DNA of 64,000 nt from an uncultured Pseudoflavonifractor sp. (GTDB lineage: Bacteria; Bacillota; Clostridia; Oscillospirales; Oscillospiraceae). Positions 44,692 to 52,949 of the stretch are shown one piece after another. Each line of letters starts with the position of its first letter. The stretch's first letter is position 1. The DNA lies in contig CAZDDZ010000005.1 of NCBI GenBank assembly GCA_964504285.1, forward strand, positions 1,084 through 65,083. The letters run 5' to 3'. The translations under genes and the position numbers were made by a program. Below the pieces are notes generated by a model. That model was not told where the DNA came from, made no database searches, and was given only the letters and a program-made list of their open reading frames with translations.

Positions 44692-45519
44692 CTAATCAAG
44701 GTAGCTCTGTCCGCCGGAAACCTGGCGGCTCTTTGCCTCGAAATATTGGTTTAAGCAGTAAAAGGCCACCACCACCAGCGCGATGCAGAGGCCCGGACTC
44801 ACCAGCCAGTGATAGGCGCCCCGGGTAAAGCCACCCCGCCGGTAGGCAAGGCTCATCATGCGCCCCCAGGTCACAGCAGTGGGGTCGCCCATACCCAGAA
44901 AACTCAGGGTGGCCTCCAGCATGATGCAGCTGGAAACCGTCATGATATACCGTGAGAGAATGACCTCGAACAGGTTGGGCAGTATGTGGCGGAGCATAAT
45001 CTGGCGGCGGGAAATGCCCAAAATCATCAGGGACTCCACAAAGGGGGTCTGCTTAAGCTGCATGGTGCGGGTGCGCACAGTGCGCGCAGTGGCGCACCAG
45101 CCCAGCACGGCGATGATCATAATAATGGTTTGCGTGTCGGTACCGACAAAGGCGGCAATGACAATGGCCATGGGCAGCATGGGAATCATGAGAAAGACCT
45201 GAATTACGCCGCCGGCCAGCTCCCCCCGCCAGCCGGGCAGATACCCGGCGGCCAGCCCAATGAGGGAGCCGAGAATTAGGGAAATGAGAGCCGCTGCCAA
45301 ACCGATGGTCAGGGTGGAGCGGGCGGCGTAAATCAGTTCGGATAAAATGTCGTACCCCAGGTCGTTGGTACCCAGCAGATGCCCGGCCCCCGGCAGCTGC
45401 CAGGCGGCAAACATCTCCTTAGGGCCATAAGGGGCGAACAGGCCGGGGAAGAGGGCAAAGGCCGAGAATACGGTGAGAATGGCAAGCCCCAGTACAAGGA
45501 TACATTTACTCCCCTTCAT
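44692..45519 (-). CDS. ABC transporter permease (NikC/DppC/OppC family)
   Basis: Polytopic membrane protein; position after the B-type permease. Confidence 0.85.
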   Translation of the reverse strand: MKGSKCILVLGLAILTVFSAFALFPGLFAPYGPKEMFAAWQLPGAGHLLGTNDLGYDILSELIYAARSTLTIGLAAALISLILGSLIGLAAGYLPGWRGELAGGVIQVFLMIPMLPMAIVIAAFVGTDTQTIIMIIAVLGWCATARTVRTRTMQLKQTPFVESLMILGISRRQIMLRHILPNLFEVILSRYIMTVSSCIMLEATLSFLGMGDPTAVTWGRMMSLAYRRGGFTRGAYHWLVSPGLCIALVVVAFYCLNQYFEAKSRQVSGGQSYLD

Positions 45520-46480
45520 GTACTTTGCACCTCACTTTCGGGTCTAGGGCAACACAGAGCAGGTCGGTGAGCAGATTTGCCGCCACAATGACCAGCGCGC
45601 TGACAAACAGACAGCCCTGCAGCACCGGGTAATCCCGGGCGGTGATGGCCTGGGAGATCAGCCCGCCCATGCCCTTAATAGAAAAAATGTTTTCAATCAC
45701 CAGGGAGCCGGAGACGATAAAGCCCACGCTCATGCCCACCATGGTCAAAAAGGGCTGGCAGATGTTGGGGAGAATGTGCCGAAAGACAATTTGGCGGTTT
45801 GACAGACCCCGGCTGCGGGCGTAGAGGACGTATTTCTCCCCCCGCTGCTTGGCCACGGTGTGGCAAACCATCAGGTACTTGGGCGGTACCGCGCCGATGA
45901 CCAAGGTCAAAACGGGCAGAGTCAGGTGCTTTACCCGGTCTCCCAGCGCACCCCAAAAGCCGTCGGGCACGCGGATGGAGTTGAGGGAGCCCATGGGCAG
46001 CCATCGCAGCTGGAAGGCAAAGAGGGCAATCAGCAGCAACCCCAGTAAAAAGGCGGGAATCGCGTCGGCCATAATTTGCGCGGCGGTGACGCAGGTCTCC
46101 AGCCGACCGCCCTTGCGCATTCCCATCAGACAGCCCAGCCCCAGCGCGATGGCGGAGGAGAGGAGGACGGCGGGCAGGGCGATTTGCAGGGTGGCGGGCA
46201 GACGGCGGGCAATCAGCTGGGTAATGGGGGCGTTGTGATGGTATGAGTACCCCAGGTCGCCGGTCAAAATCCCGGTGAGATAGTCCCAAAACTGCTCCCC
46301 CAGGGGGCGGTCGGCCCCCGTTTTCTCCAGGTAATACTGATATTCGGTTTCCGACACCATGTCCTCGTCCAGACCCACCAGCATCAGCACGGTGTCTCCC
46401 GGCATCAGTCGGGGCAGGGCAAAGTTAAAGACCACAATAACCAGCAGGCAGATCAGAGAGGTGAGCAGCTTTTTCCTCAT
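45506..46480 (-). CDS. ABC transporter permease (NikB/DppB/OppB family)
   Basis: 324-aa polytopic membrane protein; typical N-terminal LPGDTV-like segment RLMPGDTV. Confidence 0.85.
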   Translation of the reverse strand: MRKKLLTSLICLLVIVVFNFALPRLMPGDTVLMLVGLDEDMVSETEYQYYLEKTGADRPLGEQFWDYLTGILTGDLGYSYHHNAPITQLIARRLPATLQIALPAVLLSSAIALGLGCLMGMRKGGRLETCVTAAQIMADAIPAFLLGLLLIALFAFQLRWLPMGSLNSIRVPDGFWGALGDRVKHLTLPVLTLVIGAVPPKYLMVCHTVAKQRGEKYVLYARSRGLSNRQIVFRHILPNICQPFLTMVGMSVGFIVSGSLVIENIFSIKGMGGLISQAITARDYPVLQGCLFVSALVIVAANLLTDLLCVALDPKVRCKVHEGE

Positions 46481-46484
46481 GGCC

Positions 46485-48098
46485 TTACTTGGCGCGCAGG
46501 CTCAGCCAGCTCTGAACGTTCATAATGCCGAAGGTGCCGTCCACCACAAAGCCGTCAAAGCGGCTGTTGTAGGCCTGGACATGGGCATCCCCAAAGAGAG
46601 AGACGGCGGGCAGGGTTTCGGCGTAGTACCGCTGAATGTCGGCCGCCACGGTTTTGTATTCCTCCATGTCGGCGGCGGCGTCCGCTCTGTCCAGAAGCGC
46701 CCCGTAGGCGGGGTCGGAAATTTGCCCGTAGCTCATGGGACTGCCGCCCCGCAGATACAGGGAGGCAACGCCTTGATTCTTTGCCATGCCAAAGGCGGTC
46801 AGGCCGGTAATGACGGCGGTTTGGGATTGCTGCTGCTCGGTGACCTCGCGGAAGGACGCCACCTCGCGCACATCCAGGGTCACATCAATGCCCACCTCGG
46901 CCAGATTGTTTTTAAGCAGCTCTCCGTAACGGGTGTGGGCGGGCTTATCCTCTCGCAGGAGGATGGGCAGGGAGAGCTTTGCGCCCTGGTACTCCACAAA
47001 GCCGTCCCCGTCGGTGTCGGTGCAACCGGCGGCGGCGAGATAGGCTTTCGCCTGTTCCAAATCACGCTCCAGAACGGGAGTATCCACATAGCCGTAAGAC
47101 CCGGCGGGAATAAAACCGGCATTGGAGGGGATAGCATAGGCCGAGCCGAAGGTACGGCGGAAGGCGGCGTAGTCTATGGCGGCGGCCACCGCCTTGCGGA
47201 GGTTGAGGTCGGAGAAGGGAGAAAGGCTGTTGTTAAAAATCAGGCAGGCGCTGTTGGCGGTGTTGCTTACGGGGAACAGGGTCAAATTCCCGGCGCTTTG
47301 CAGGTCGTCAATGACGGTGGGATTCACGCCGCCGGAGTATTTATAAATCATGTCCAGCTCCTGGTTTTTGAGGGACATGTACATGGTGTCCTCGTTGTCA
47401 AAGAGCTTTAAAATTACCGTCTTGGCAGCGGGAGCGCCGTCGGGGTAGTCTGCAAAGGCTTCAAACTCCACCACACCGGCGGCGGGGTCAAAGCGGGTGT
47501 AGCGGTAGGGACCGCAGCCGATGTTGGCCAGCTCGCCGGGCACGGTAGTATAGTCGGCCACACCCTCGTAGATGTGCTTGGGCATGATGCGCAGCGTGGT
47601 CAGGGAGGAGAGCTGGCGGGGGTTGGGGGTGGCCAGCTCCAGCTCGATGGTGCGGGCGTCAACCACGCGGATGTCCGCGTAGCTGTCGGCATAGCCGCCA
47701 TCGGTCTGGGTGTCGAGGTACTCCAGGGTAAAGCGAATGTCCTCGGCGGTTACGTCGGTGCCATCGTGCCACTTCATGCCCTCTCGGACAGTGAGAACCC
47801 AGGTTTTGCTGTCCGCGGTCTTGTAGTCGCACAGGAGGGGATGGTACTCACCCGCCCCGTCCAGCCAGACGGGGGCAAGCTGGGAAAGCGCGCCCGAAAT
47901 CACGTCAAAGTTATATTCGCTGCGCTTCGCGGCGGTGATTTCCGCGGTGGTGCCTACCACAAAGGTATCGATGGTGGCGGGGATTTCGCTGGGGCTGACT
48001 GTGGGGCTGACCGCGGGAGGCGTTTGCTTGCCGCAGGCGGACAGGGACAGGGACATGCAAAGGGTAAGCAAGAGAGCGGTTATCTTACGAAAATTCAT
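46485..48098 (-). CDS. ABC transporter substrate-binding lipoprotein, family 5 (NikA/OppA-like)
   Basis: Lipobox LSLSACG; 537 aa. Confidence 0.85.
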   Translation of the reverse strand: MNFRKITALLLTLCMSLSLSACGKQTPPAVSPTVSPSEIPATIDTFVVGTTAEITAAKRSEYNFDVISGALSQLAPVWLDGAGEYHPLLCDYKTADSKTWVLTVREGMKWHDGTDVTAEDIRFTLEYLDTQTDGGYADSYADIRVVDARTIELELATPNPRQLSSLTTLRIMPKHIYEGVADYTTVPGELANIGCGPYRYTRFDPAAGVVEFEAFADYPDGAPAAKTVILKLFDNEDTMYMSLKNQELDMIYKYSGGVNPTVIDDLQSAGNLTLFPVSNTANSACLIFNNSLSPFSDLNLRKAVAAAIDYAAFRRTFGSAYAIPSNAGFIPAGSYGYVDTPVLERDLEQAKAYLAAAGCTDTDGDGFVEYQGAKLSLPILLREDKPAHTRYGELLKNNLAEVGIDVTLDVREVASFREVTEQQQSQTAVITGLTAFGMAKNQGVASLYLRGGSPMSYGQISDPAYGALLDRADAAADMEEYKTVAADIQRYYAETLPAVSLFGDAHVQAYNSRFDGFVVDGTFGIMNVQSWLSLRAK

Positions 48099-48799
48099 GG
48101 GGAGTCCTCCGTTGTTGGTTTTTTAAGTTCGGTCATCTCTCCGTGAGAGATTTGGTAGACACGGTCTGAAACTGCCTCCACAAGTGCGCTGTCGTGAGAA
48201 ATGAGCAGGACGGACAGCCCATCCCGGGCCACAAGCTCCTGAAAAATCCGCACAATTTGCGCTTGGGAGGATACGTCGAGCATAGAGGTTGCTTCATCCG
48301 CAATGAGCAGGCGGGGGGTTACGGTCAGACTCCGGGCAATAAGCACCCGCTGTGCCTGACCGCCGGAGAGCTCACCGGGACGGCGGTCATAGAGCGCCGG
48401 GGAGAGAGCGACCTTCTCCAAAAGTCGGTTGACCTGGGCTTTGGCCTCTGCCTTGCTCTCTGCCAGCCGGTGGAATAAAAGCGGCTCAGCAATAGCGTTT
48501 CCAATGCTTTGCCTGGGATCAAGGGAGGCGAAGGGCTGCTGGGGAATCAGCTGAATATCCCGCCGGTGGGCTTGGTCATAGCTGCCGCCAGGCAGGAAAA
48601 GGGGGCGGCCGCCAAAGGTAGCGGAACCGGAGTCCGGGCGTACCGTACCGCAGAGGATCCGGGCAAGGGTGGATTTTCCCTCGCCGCTGGGACCCACAAT
48701 ACTGACAAATTCACCCTTACCCAACGAAAAGGACACGTTGGTGAGTACTGTTTTGCTTCCGTATTGCTTCGAAAGACTGTCTGCTGAAAGTAGTGTCAT
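48095..48799 (-). CDS. ABC transporter ATP-binding protein (NikE/DppF-like, short form)
   Basis: Walker A GPSGEGKST, signature LSGGQAQRV. At 234 aa it has no Opp-type C-terminal extension. Confidence 0.85.
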   Translation of the reverse strand: MTLLSADSLSKQYGSKTVLTNVSFSLGKGEFVSIVGPSGEGKSTLARILCGTVRPDSGSATFGGRPLFLPGGSYDQAHRRDIQLIPQQPFASLDPRQSIGNAIAEPLLFHRLAESKAEAKAQVNRLLEKVALSPALYDRRPGELSGGQAQRVLIARSLTVTPRLLIADEATSMLDVSSQAQIVRIFQELVARDGLSVLLISHDSALVEAVSDRVYQISHGEMTELKKPTTEDSP

Positions 48800-49590
48800 A
48801 ACATTCCTCGTTCCGCGTGGGAGATGGCATGGGGCAGGTCGCAGATGAGCCCGTGGGTGTACTCGCTCTCCGGGTGGAGGAGTACCTGCTGGGTCTCGCC
48901 GTACTCCTCCACCCGGCCCTCCCGCATCACCAGCAGATGGTCGCAGGCGGCGGCCACCGAAATGTCGTGGGTAATCAGCAGTACGGCCGCTTGGGGGAAA
49001 AGGACGGTCAGGTTGGAGAGAAATTGGGCGGTATTTTCCCGGTCAATGCCCTTGGTGGGCTCGTCAGCTACCACCAGCCGGGGGCTGCCTGCCGAGGCCA
49101 TGGACATGACAACCCTCTGCGCCATGCCGCCGGAGAGCTGAAAGGGATAGGCCCGGAGCACCCGCTCCGGGTCGTCAAAGCCGACCCGTGCCAGCAGAGC
49201 CGTCATGGCCGCCTCTCGCTGATCCTTGGGCACGGCGTTGCGGGCAAGACTCTCGCCCATCTGCCTGCGCACCGTGAGGGAGGGGTTTAGGAAATCCGCG
49301 CCGCTCTGAGGGATGAGCACCTGCGCCCTGCCCAGCAGTCCACGGCGCTCCCTGAGCGGCAGGGAGAGAAGCTCCTTGCCGTCCCAGCGAACGCTGCCGG
49401 AGGCGTGGCAGTTTTCGGGCAAAAGCCCCAGAATGGAGAGGGCCGTCATAGTTTTGCCGCAGCCCGAGCGCCCCACAATGGCCAGCCGCTTCCCCTGTGC
49501 CACGGAGAAGGAGACCTTGCTGACGATGGCGCTGCGGTGTCCGCCCTTCATATCCGCCACAATATCCAGCTCATTTACCGCCAGAAGCAA
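48796..49590 (-). CDS. ABC transporter ATP-binding protein (NikD/DppD-like, short form)
   Basis: Walker A GRSGCGKTM, signature LSGGMAQRV. TTG start with AGGTGA RBS. Confidence 0.8.
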   Translation of the reverse strand: MLLAVNELDIVADMKGGHRSAIVSKVSFSVAQGKRLAIVGRSGCGKTMTALSILGLLPENCHASGSVRWDGKELLSLPLRERRGLLGRAQVLIPQSGADFLNPSLTVRRQMGESLARNAVPKDQREAAMTALLARVGFDDPERVLRAYPFQLSGGMAQRVVMSMASAGSPRLVVADEPTKGIDRENTAQFLSNLTVLFPQAAVLLITHDISVAAACDHLLVMREGRVEEYGETQQVLLHPESEYTHGLICDLPHAISHAERGML

Positions 49591-49605
49591 AGAATCACCT
49601 ATTTC

Positions 49606-49768
49606 TAGAGCGTATCTGAACAGTAGAGGAATGCACAGAAACGCAGGATTTTTTTGTCAGGCAAGCCGATTTTTTGCAGCCATACTGACGTATGGCAAGG
49701 GGAATTGGCGCTGCCATGACGGGAAAAGACAAGTTTATGGGCGTTTTGATGCTTTTCAGATACGCTCA
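49606..49768. mobile_element. Family-B MITE-like repeat in the leader of the Nik/Opp-type operon
   Basis: The element runs from tagagcgtatctgaacagta to gcttttcagatacgctc. It ends 15 nt from the first ATPase start codon. Confidence 0.8.
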
Positions 49769-49783
49769 AATACCGCAAAATAA

Positions 49784-49840
49784 AATTGCCACGAAAGCGA
49801 TACCCCCCGTTCTGGGAGAGCAATCACCTTCGTGGCAATT
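49784..49840 (-). other. 12-bp-stem hairpin with a 33-nt loop, followed by a U-rich tract (attenuator, terminator or unassigned leader structure)
   Basis: aattgccacgaa pairs with ttcgtggcaatt. On the minus strand it is followed by ttattttg. Confidence 0.4.
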
Positions 49841-49860
49841 AATCACAGCAATATAACGCA

Positions 49861-49885
49861 AGCACGCGGAAAAAATACGGCTCCT
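49861..49885 (-). terminator. Candidate intrinsic terminator of the upstream two-component operon
   Basis: On the minus strand, ggctcc-tgaa-ggagcc is followed by gtattttttcc. Confidence 0.5.
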
Positions 49886-50001
49886 TCAGGAGCCACGGCT
49901 TTCTCTAAAAAGCCATTTGATACAGTATGACAGAAAATAAAAAGCTTGTCAAGGTTATAGGGGGCCACTTATATATTCTACAAGTTCTAATAAATAGAGC
50001 G

Positions 50002-51276
50002 TCACATTGAAACCTGAAAAGTAAATACTCCACGGTTTGCTGAAAACCGATAAACACCCTCATACTTGTCTATCACGTGAATCATGCTTTTCACACCGAT
50101 TCCGTGTCCTTTGCTGTGGGAAACAGGCACACCCTGTTCAAATATAGGCTCCATGGCGTAACTGTTAGCAATATGCAGGCAGAGCTTATTGCTTTTTTCA
50201 TACATGCGAAGTTGGATATACCGCGCCTCGTGATTAGGAACGTCTGTACAAGCGTTGATTGCGTTTTCAAGCGCGTTGGCCAGCAGACTGCAAAGATCGG
50301 TAATATGAAATCTGCCGAAATTTGATGCAGAAATATTTACCTCAATGGCAATCCCTTTTTCTCTTGCCTTACTGACATAGGCAGAGAGAATTAAGTTGAC
50401 AGGCTCGTTTGGAGAATACTGCACCAGCTTCATGTTATCCAAATCATAAAAGGTTTGCTTTATGTATACGGCGGCTTCTTCTAATTTGTTTTCGGAAATA
50501 CAGGCGTTTAAATAGTTTAAATGGTGCCGTAAATCATGGCGATAAATTGCAAAGTTTTTGTCAGCTACTTTTAGCTGCTCTATCTGCTTTGTAGCGGCCC
50601 CCAGCTGAGCAGAAGCAAGGTTTTGTGCGTTTGTAAGGTCTGCCTTTTCTGACACCATTTTGAAAATCAGCACTAAAAGCAGATAGGCAACCAAAACGAT
50701 CAGCTGAGGAAGCTGCAGTATAAAATATCGTTTACTTATTATAATATCGGCTATCTGATATTGGGTTAGCGAATAGCTATAAACATAATAAAGCAGCGGC
50801 ACGGTAGTAAACAGGAGAAAGATTTGGTTATCCGCAAAAGCGAGCATTTGATTAAAGGGCTTTTTGAAAAATTTATATATCAGAAGAATAAAAAAGAGAT
50901 AGCAAAGCAGATAAATCCACACGGGGGGTACAAAAAAGTATCGAAGGACAGATATTAAAGTCATGACCGGTGATGAGAAGAATACCGTTGTTAAAAGCAC
51001 AAAAAGCAGTTTAATGCCTCGGTATTTTGACACGATCATAAACAGAACATATACCGGTAACTGAGTCAGCAGCAAATAATACCGTCCGTAATGCTGATAA
51101 CCCAACAGCACCTGTGCCAATATGTTAAAGATTAAAAATCCTAAGAAGAATAGGATGCCGGCAATGTTTCGCTTTGCAGAAAGTTTTTTGGGCTGCACAT
51201 CCAGCAGTAAATACATTGTGGCACAGGCGTAAAACAGCAAAGCCGTTGAGGAAGCGATCCATTTCAGGTTTGCCAT
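50002..51276 (-). CDS. AgrC/LytS-like (HPK10-type) membrane sensor histidine kinase
   Basis: Six to seven N-terminal TM segments, H-box YRHDLRHHLNYL, and GHKL C-terminus GHGIGVKSM. Confidence 0.85.
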   Translation of the reverse strand: MANLKWIASSTALLFYACATMYLLLDVQPKKLSAKRNIAGILFFLGFLIFNILAQVLLGYQHYGRYYLLLTQLPVYVLFMIVSKYRGIKLLFVLLTTVFFSSPVMTLISVLRYFFVPPVWIYLLCYLFFILLIYKFFKKPFNQMLAFADNQIFLLFTTVPLLYYVYSYSLTQYQIADIIISKRYFILQLPQLIVLVAYLLLVLIFKMVSEKADLTNAQNLASAQLGAATKQIEQLKVADKNFAIYRHDLRHHLNYLNACISENKLEEAAVYIKQTFYDLDNMKLVQYSPNEPVNLILSAYVSKAREKGIAIEVNISASNFGRFHITDLCSLLANALENAINACTDVPNHEARYIQLRMYEKSNKLCLHIANSYAMEPIFEQGVPVSHSKGHGIGVKSMIHVIDKYEGVYRFSANRGVFTFQVSM

Positions 51277-51993
51277 CTATGCCTCCTCCATCTGAAAGGC
51301 CAAATAGCGGTCCTTTATTTCGGTGGCACGCCTTTTGGCCATGGGGAGTGTGGTTTTTGTTTGCAGCTGTATTTCTGTATTTTTAATGGTGTTGATGTAC
51401 TGCATATTTACAACGTAGGAACGGTGCGGCTGTACAAATTGGCTATATAACAATAACTCAGCACAAACCTCGGAAAACTGGGAAATACATTCCACTACTT
51501 TGCCGGAAGCTAAGTAATAAAGAACTCGTCTGTCCAATACCTCCACATAGGTAAGCAGGGATAGCTGTATCCGCTCGATGCCGTCATTGCTTTTCACAAC
51601 AATGGCCTCCGCATGTTCTTTGGCTGAGGAGTCTATAATGTCATCCAGGGCGAAGAACAGCTTTTCTTTAGTAACGGGCTTGAGTAAATAGTTGCATGCC
51701 TTGACCGAGTAGCTCTCTATGGCGAATTCCGGTGAGGAGGTCAGAAATGCAATCTGTGCTACCTTATCAAAGCTGCGGATTTCCCGGGCTGTTTCCATGC
51801 CGTTTACCGCCGGCATAATGACATCCAGAAGATAGAGGTCATATGTGCCGCTTTTCGCTGTGGCCAAAAGCTCGGTGGCGCTATAAAAGGCTTTATAAAA
51901 TACAGGCGCATTTCGCTCCTGTATATAGCAATCTAAAATAGCCGAAATGTGGAGCAGTTCGTCTTTGTTATCATCACAAATTGCAATTTTCAT
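51277..51993 (-). CDS. LytTR-family response regulator
   Basis: The receiver domain has MKIAICDDN and DLYLLDVIMPAVNG. The LytTR C-terminus has HRSYVVNMQYI. Confidence 0.9.
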   Translation of the reverse strand: MKIAICDDNKDELLHISAILDCYIQERNAPVFYKAFYSATELLATAKSGTYDLYLLDVIMPAVNGMETAREIRSFDKVAQIAFLTSSPEFAIESYSVKACNYLLKPVTKEKLFFALDDIIDSSAKEHAEAIVVKSNDGIERIQLSLLTYVEVLDRRVLYYLASGKVVECISQFSEVCAELLLYSQFVQPHRSYVVNMQYINTIKNTEIQLQTKTTLPMAKRRATEIKDRYLAFQMEEA

Positions 51994-52200
51994 AGAAAAT
52001 TACCTCGGCAGTAAAATTAAAAATACGACGATATTTTAATAAATGATACCATACATTTATTGATGTTTCCACCGTCAACTGACCATTCATGCCGAAAAAA
52101 TTCCCACTCGTACAAATAGCCCCAAATTTTATTTAAAAGTGCTACTCTAAGAATTACACAAGTTAGGCTATATAAAAGTTAGGGAAAAGGCGGTGAAAGG

Positions 52201-52530
52201 TTGAGCACATGGATGGCATACACCATTGCGGCAGTCAGTACAACAGCACTGATTGCCTTGTGGTTTTGGGTGGCACGAAGGGAGTTATATGCAAAGCAAA
52301 GCATGGTGGAGGCTGCAGAACGCCAGTTTACCGCCAGCCGCAACGAATACAATCGAGTTAAGGATGGGCCCGAGCAAGCAAAGGCGCAGGAAATTCTGAA
52401 AAGAAGTCAAAGCGTATACAGACAGGCCATAGGAATTTTTAACAGCACCCTGCGTAAGCCGTGGAATGCGATTCCGGCGTTGTTTCTGGGCTTTCGGCAA
52501 AAAAGTGAGGATTACACCGGTCAGGCTTAA
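52201..52530 (+). CDS. Hypothetical protein with N-terminal TM helix (109 aa)
   Basis: ORF with hydrophobic N-terminus AYTIAAVSTTALIALWFWV. TTG start or ATG 52213; weak RBS. Confidence 0.4.
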   Translation: MSTWMAYTIAAVSTTALIALWFWVARRELYAKQSMVEAAERQFTASRNEYNRVKDGPEQAKAQEILKRSQSVYRQAIGIFNSTLRKPWNAIPALFLGFRQKSEDYTGQA

Positions 52531-52537
52531 GTGAGCC

Positions 52538-52717
52538 ATGCAAACCCCCTTCACGGATGTATCGGAAACGGCCTGCTATTATGGGGTTGTGCGTTGGGCC
52601 TTGGCCAATGGAATTACCGACGGCACAGGCAAGACCACCTTTAGTTTCAATCAAAGCTGTACTCGTGCCCAGGCTGTGACCTTCCTCTATCGTCAGCAAG
52701 CAGACTCCGCGAAATAA
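52538..52717 (+). pseudogene. Orphan 59-codon ORF encoding a single SLH-like module (probable gene remnant)
   Basis: Translation MQTPFTDVSETACYYGVVRWALANGITDGTGKTTFSFNQSCTRAQAVTFLYRQQADSAK resembles the SLH repeats of the 29003-33661 protein. It has no signal peptide or partner domain. Confidence 0.45.
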
Positions 52718-52775
52718 AAAAGAGGCTGTGAAGTACGGAAGTTTTAAAACTTCCGTACTTCACAGCCTCTTTTTG
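52716..52775. terminator. Bidirectional terminator with a perfect 23-bp stem
   Basis: aaaaa-agaggctgtgaagtacggaagtt-ttaa-aacttccgtacttcacagcctct-tttt. Confidence 0.8.
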
Positions 52776-52792
52776 TCGAAAATATGACTATG

Positions 52793-52885
52793 CTGTGAAA
52801 ATAGATGAGTGCCAAACACCCATGAATTTGCCTTTTTCCGTCAGGGCAGCGCCAAATTCCCTTATGTGTCAGCATGGCTGCAATA
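52793..52885. repeat. Partial, diverged family-B copy
   Basis: ctgtgaaaat...cccatgaatttgcctttttccgtcagggcagcgccaaattccctta.gtgtcagcatggctgcaa aligns with the left half of the family-B consensus. Confidence 0.5.
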
Positions 52886-52949
52886 TCATGGACGATCTTT
52901 ATTAATGAGGGCATGACCCCGGTGGCGGTTTGGCTGTTAAAAAAACGAG

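Noticed and set aside
46359-47411. 350-aa plus-strand ORF. The same applies to 53982-55271 (+), 61139-62785 (-), 12934-13488 (+), 16335-17018 (+) and similar ORFs.
   Set aside because: All are antisense to CDSs with strong family motifs and have biased G/A/V/H composition. They are treated as non-coding shadow ORFs.
49784-49840. Metal-sensing (NiCo-type) or other riboswitch in the leader of the Nik/Opp-type operon
   Set aside because: There is only a single long-loop hairpin. It has no four-way-junction potential or conserved riboswitch motifs that I can recognise. It is reported only as an unassigned hairpin or attenuator.
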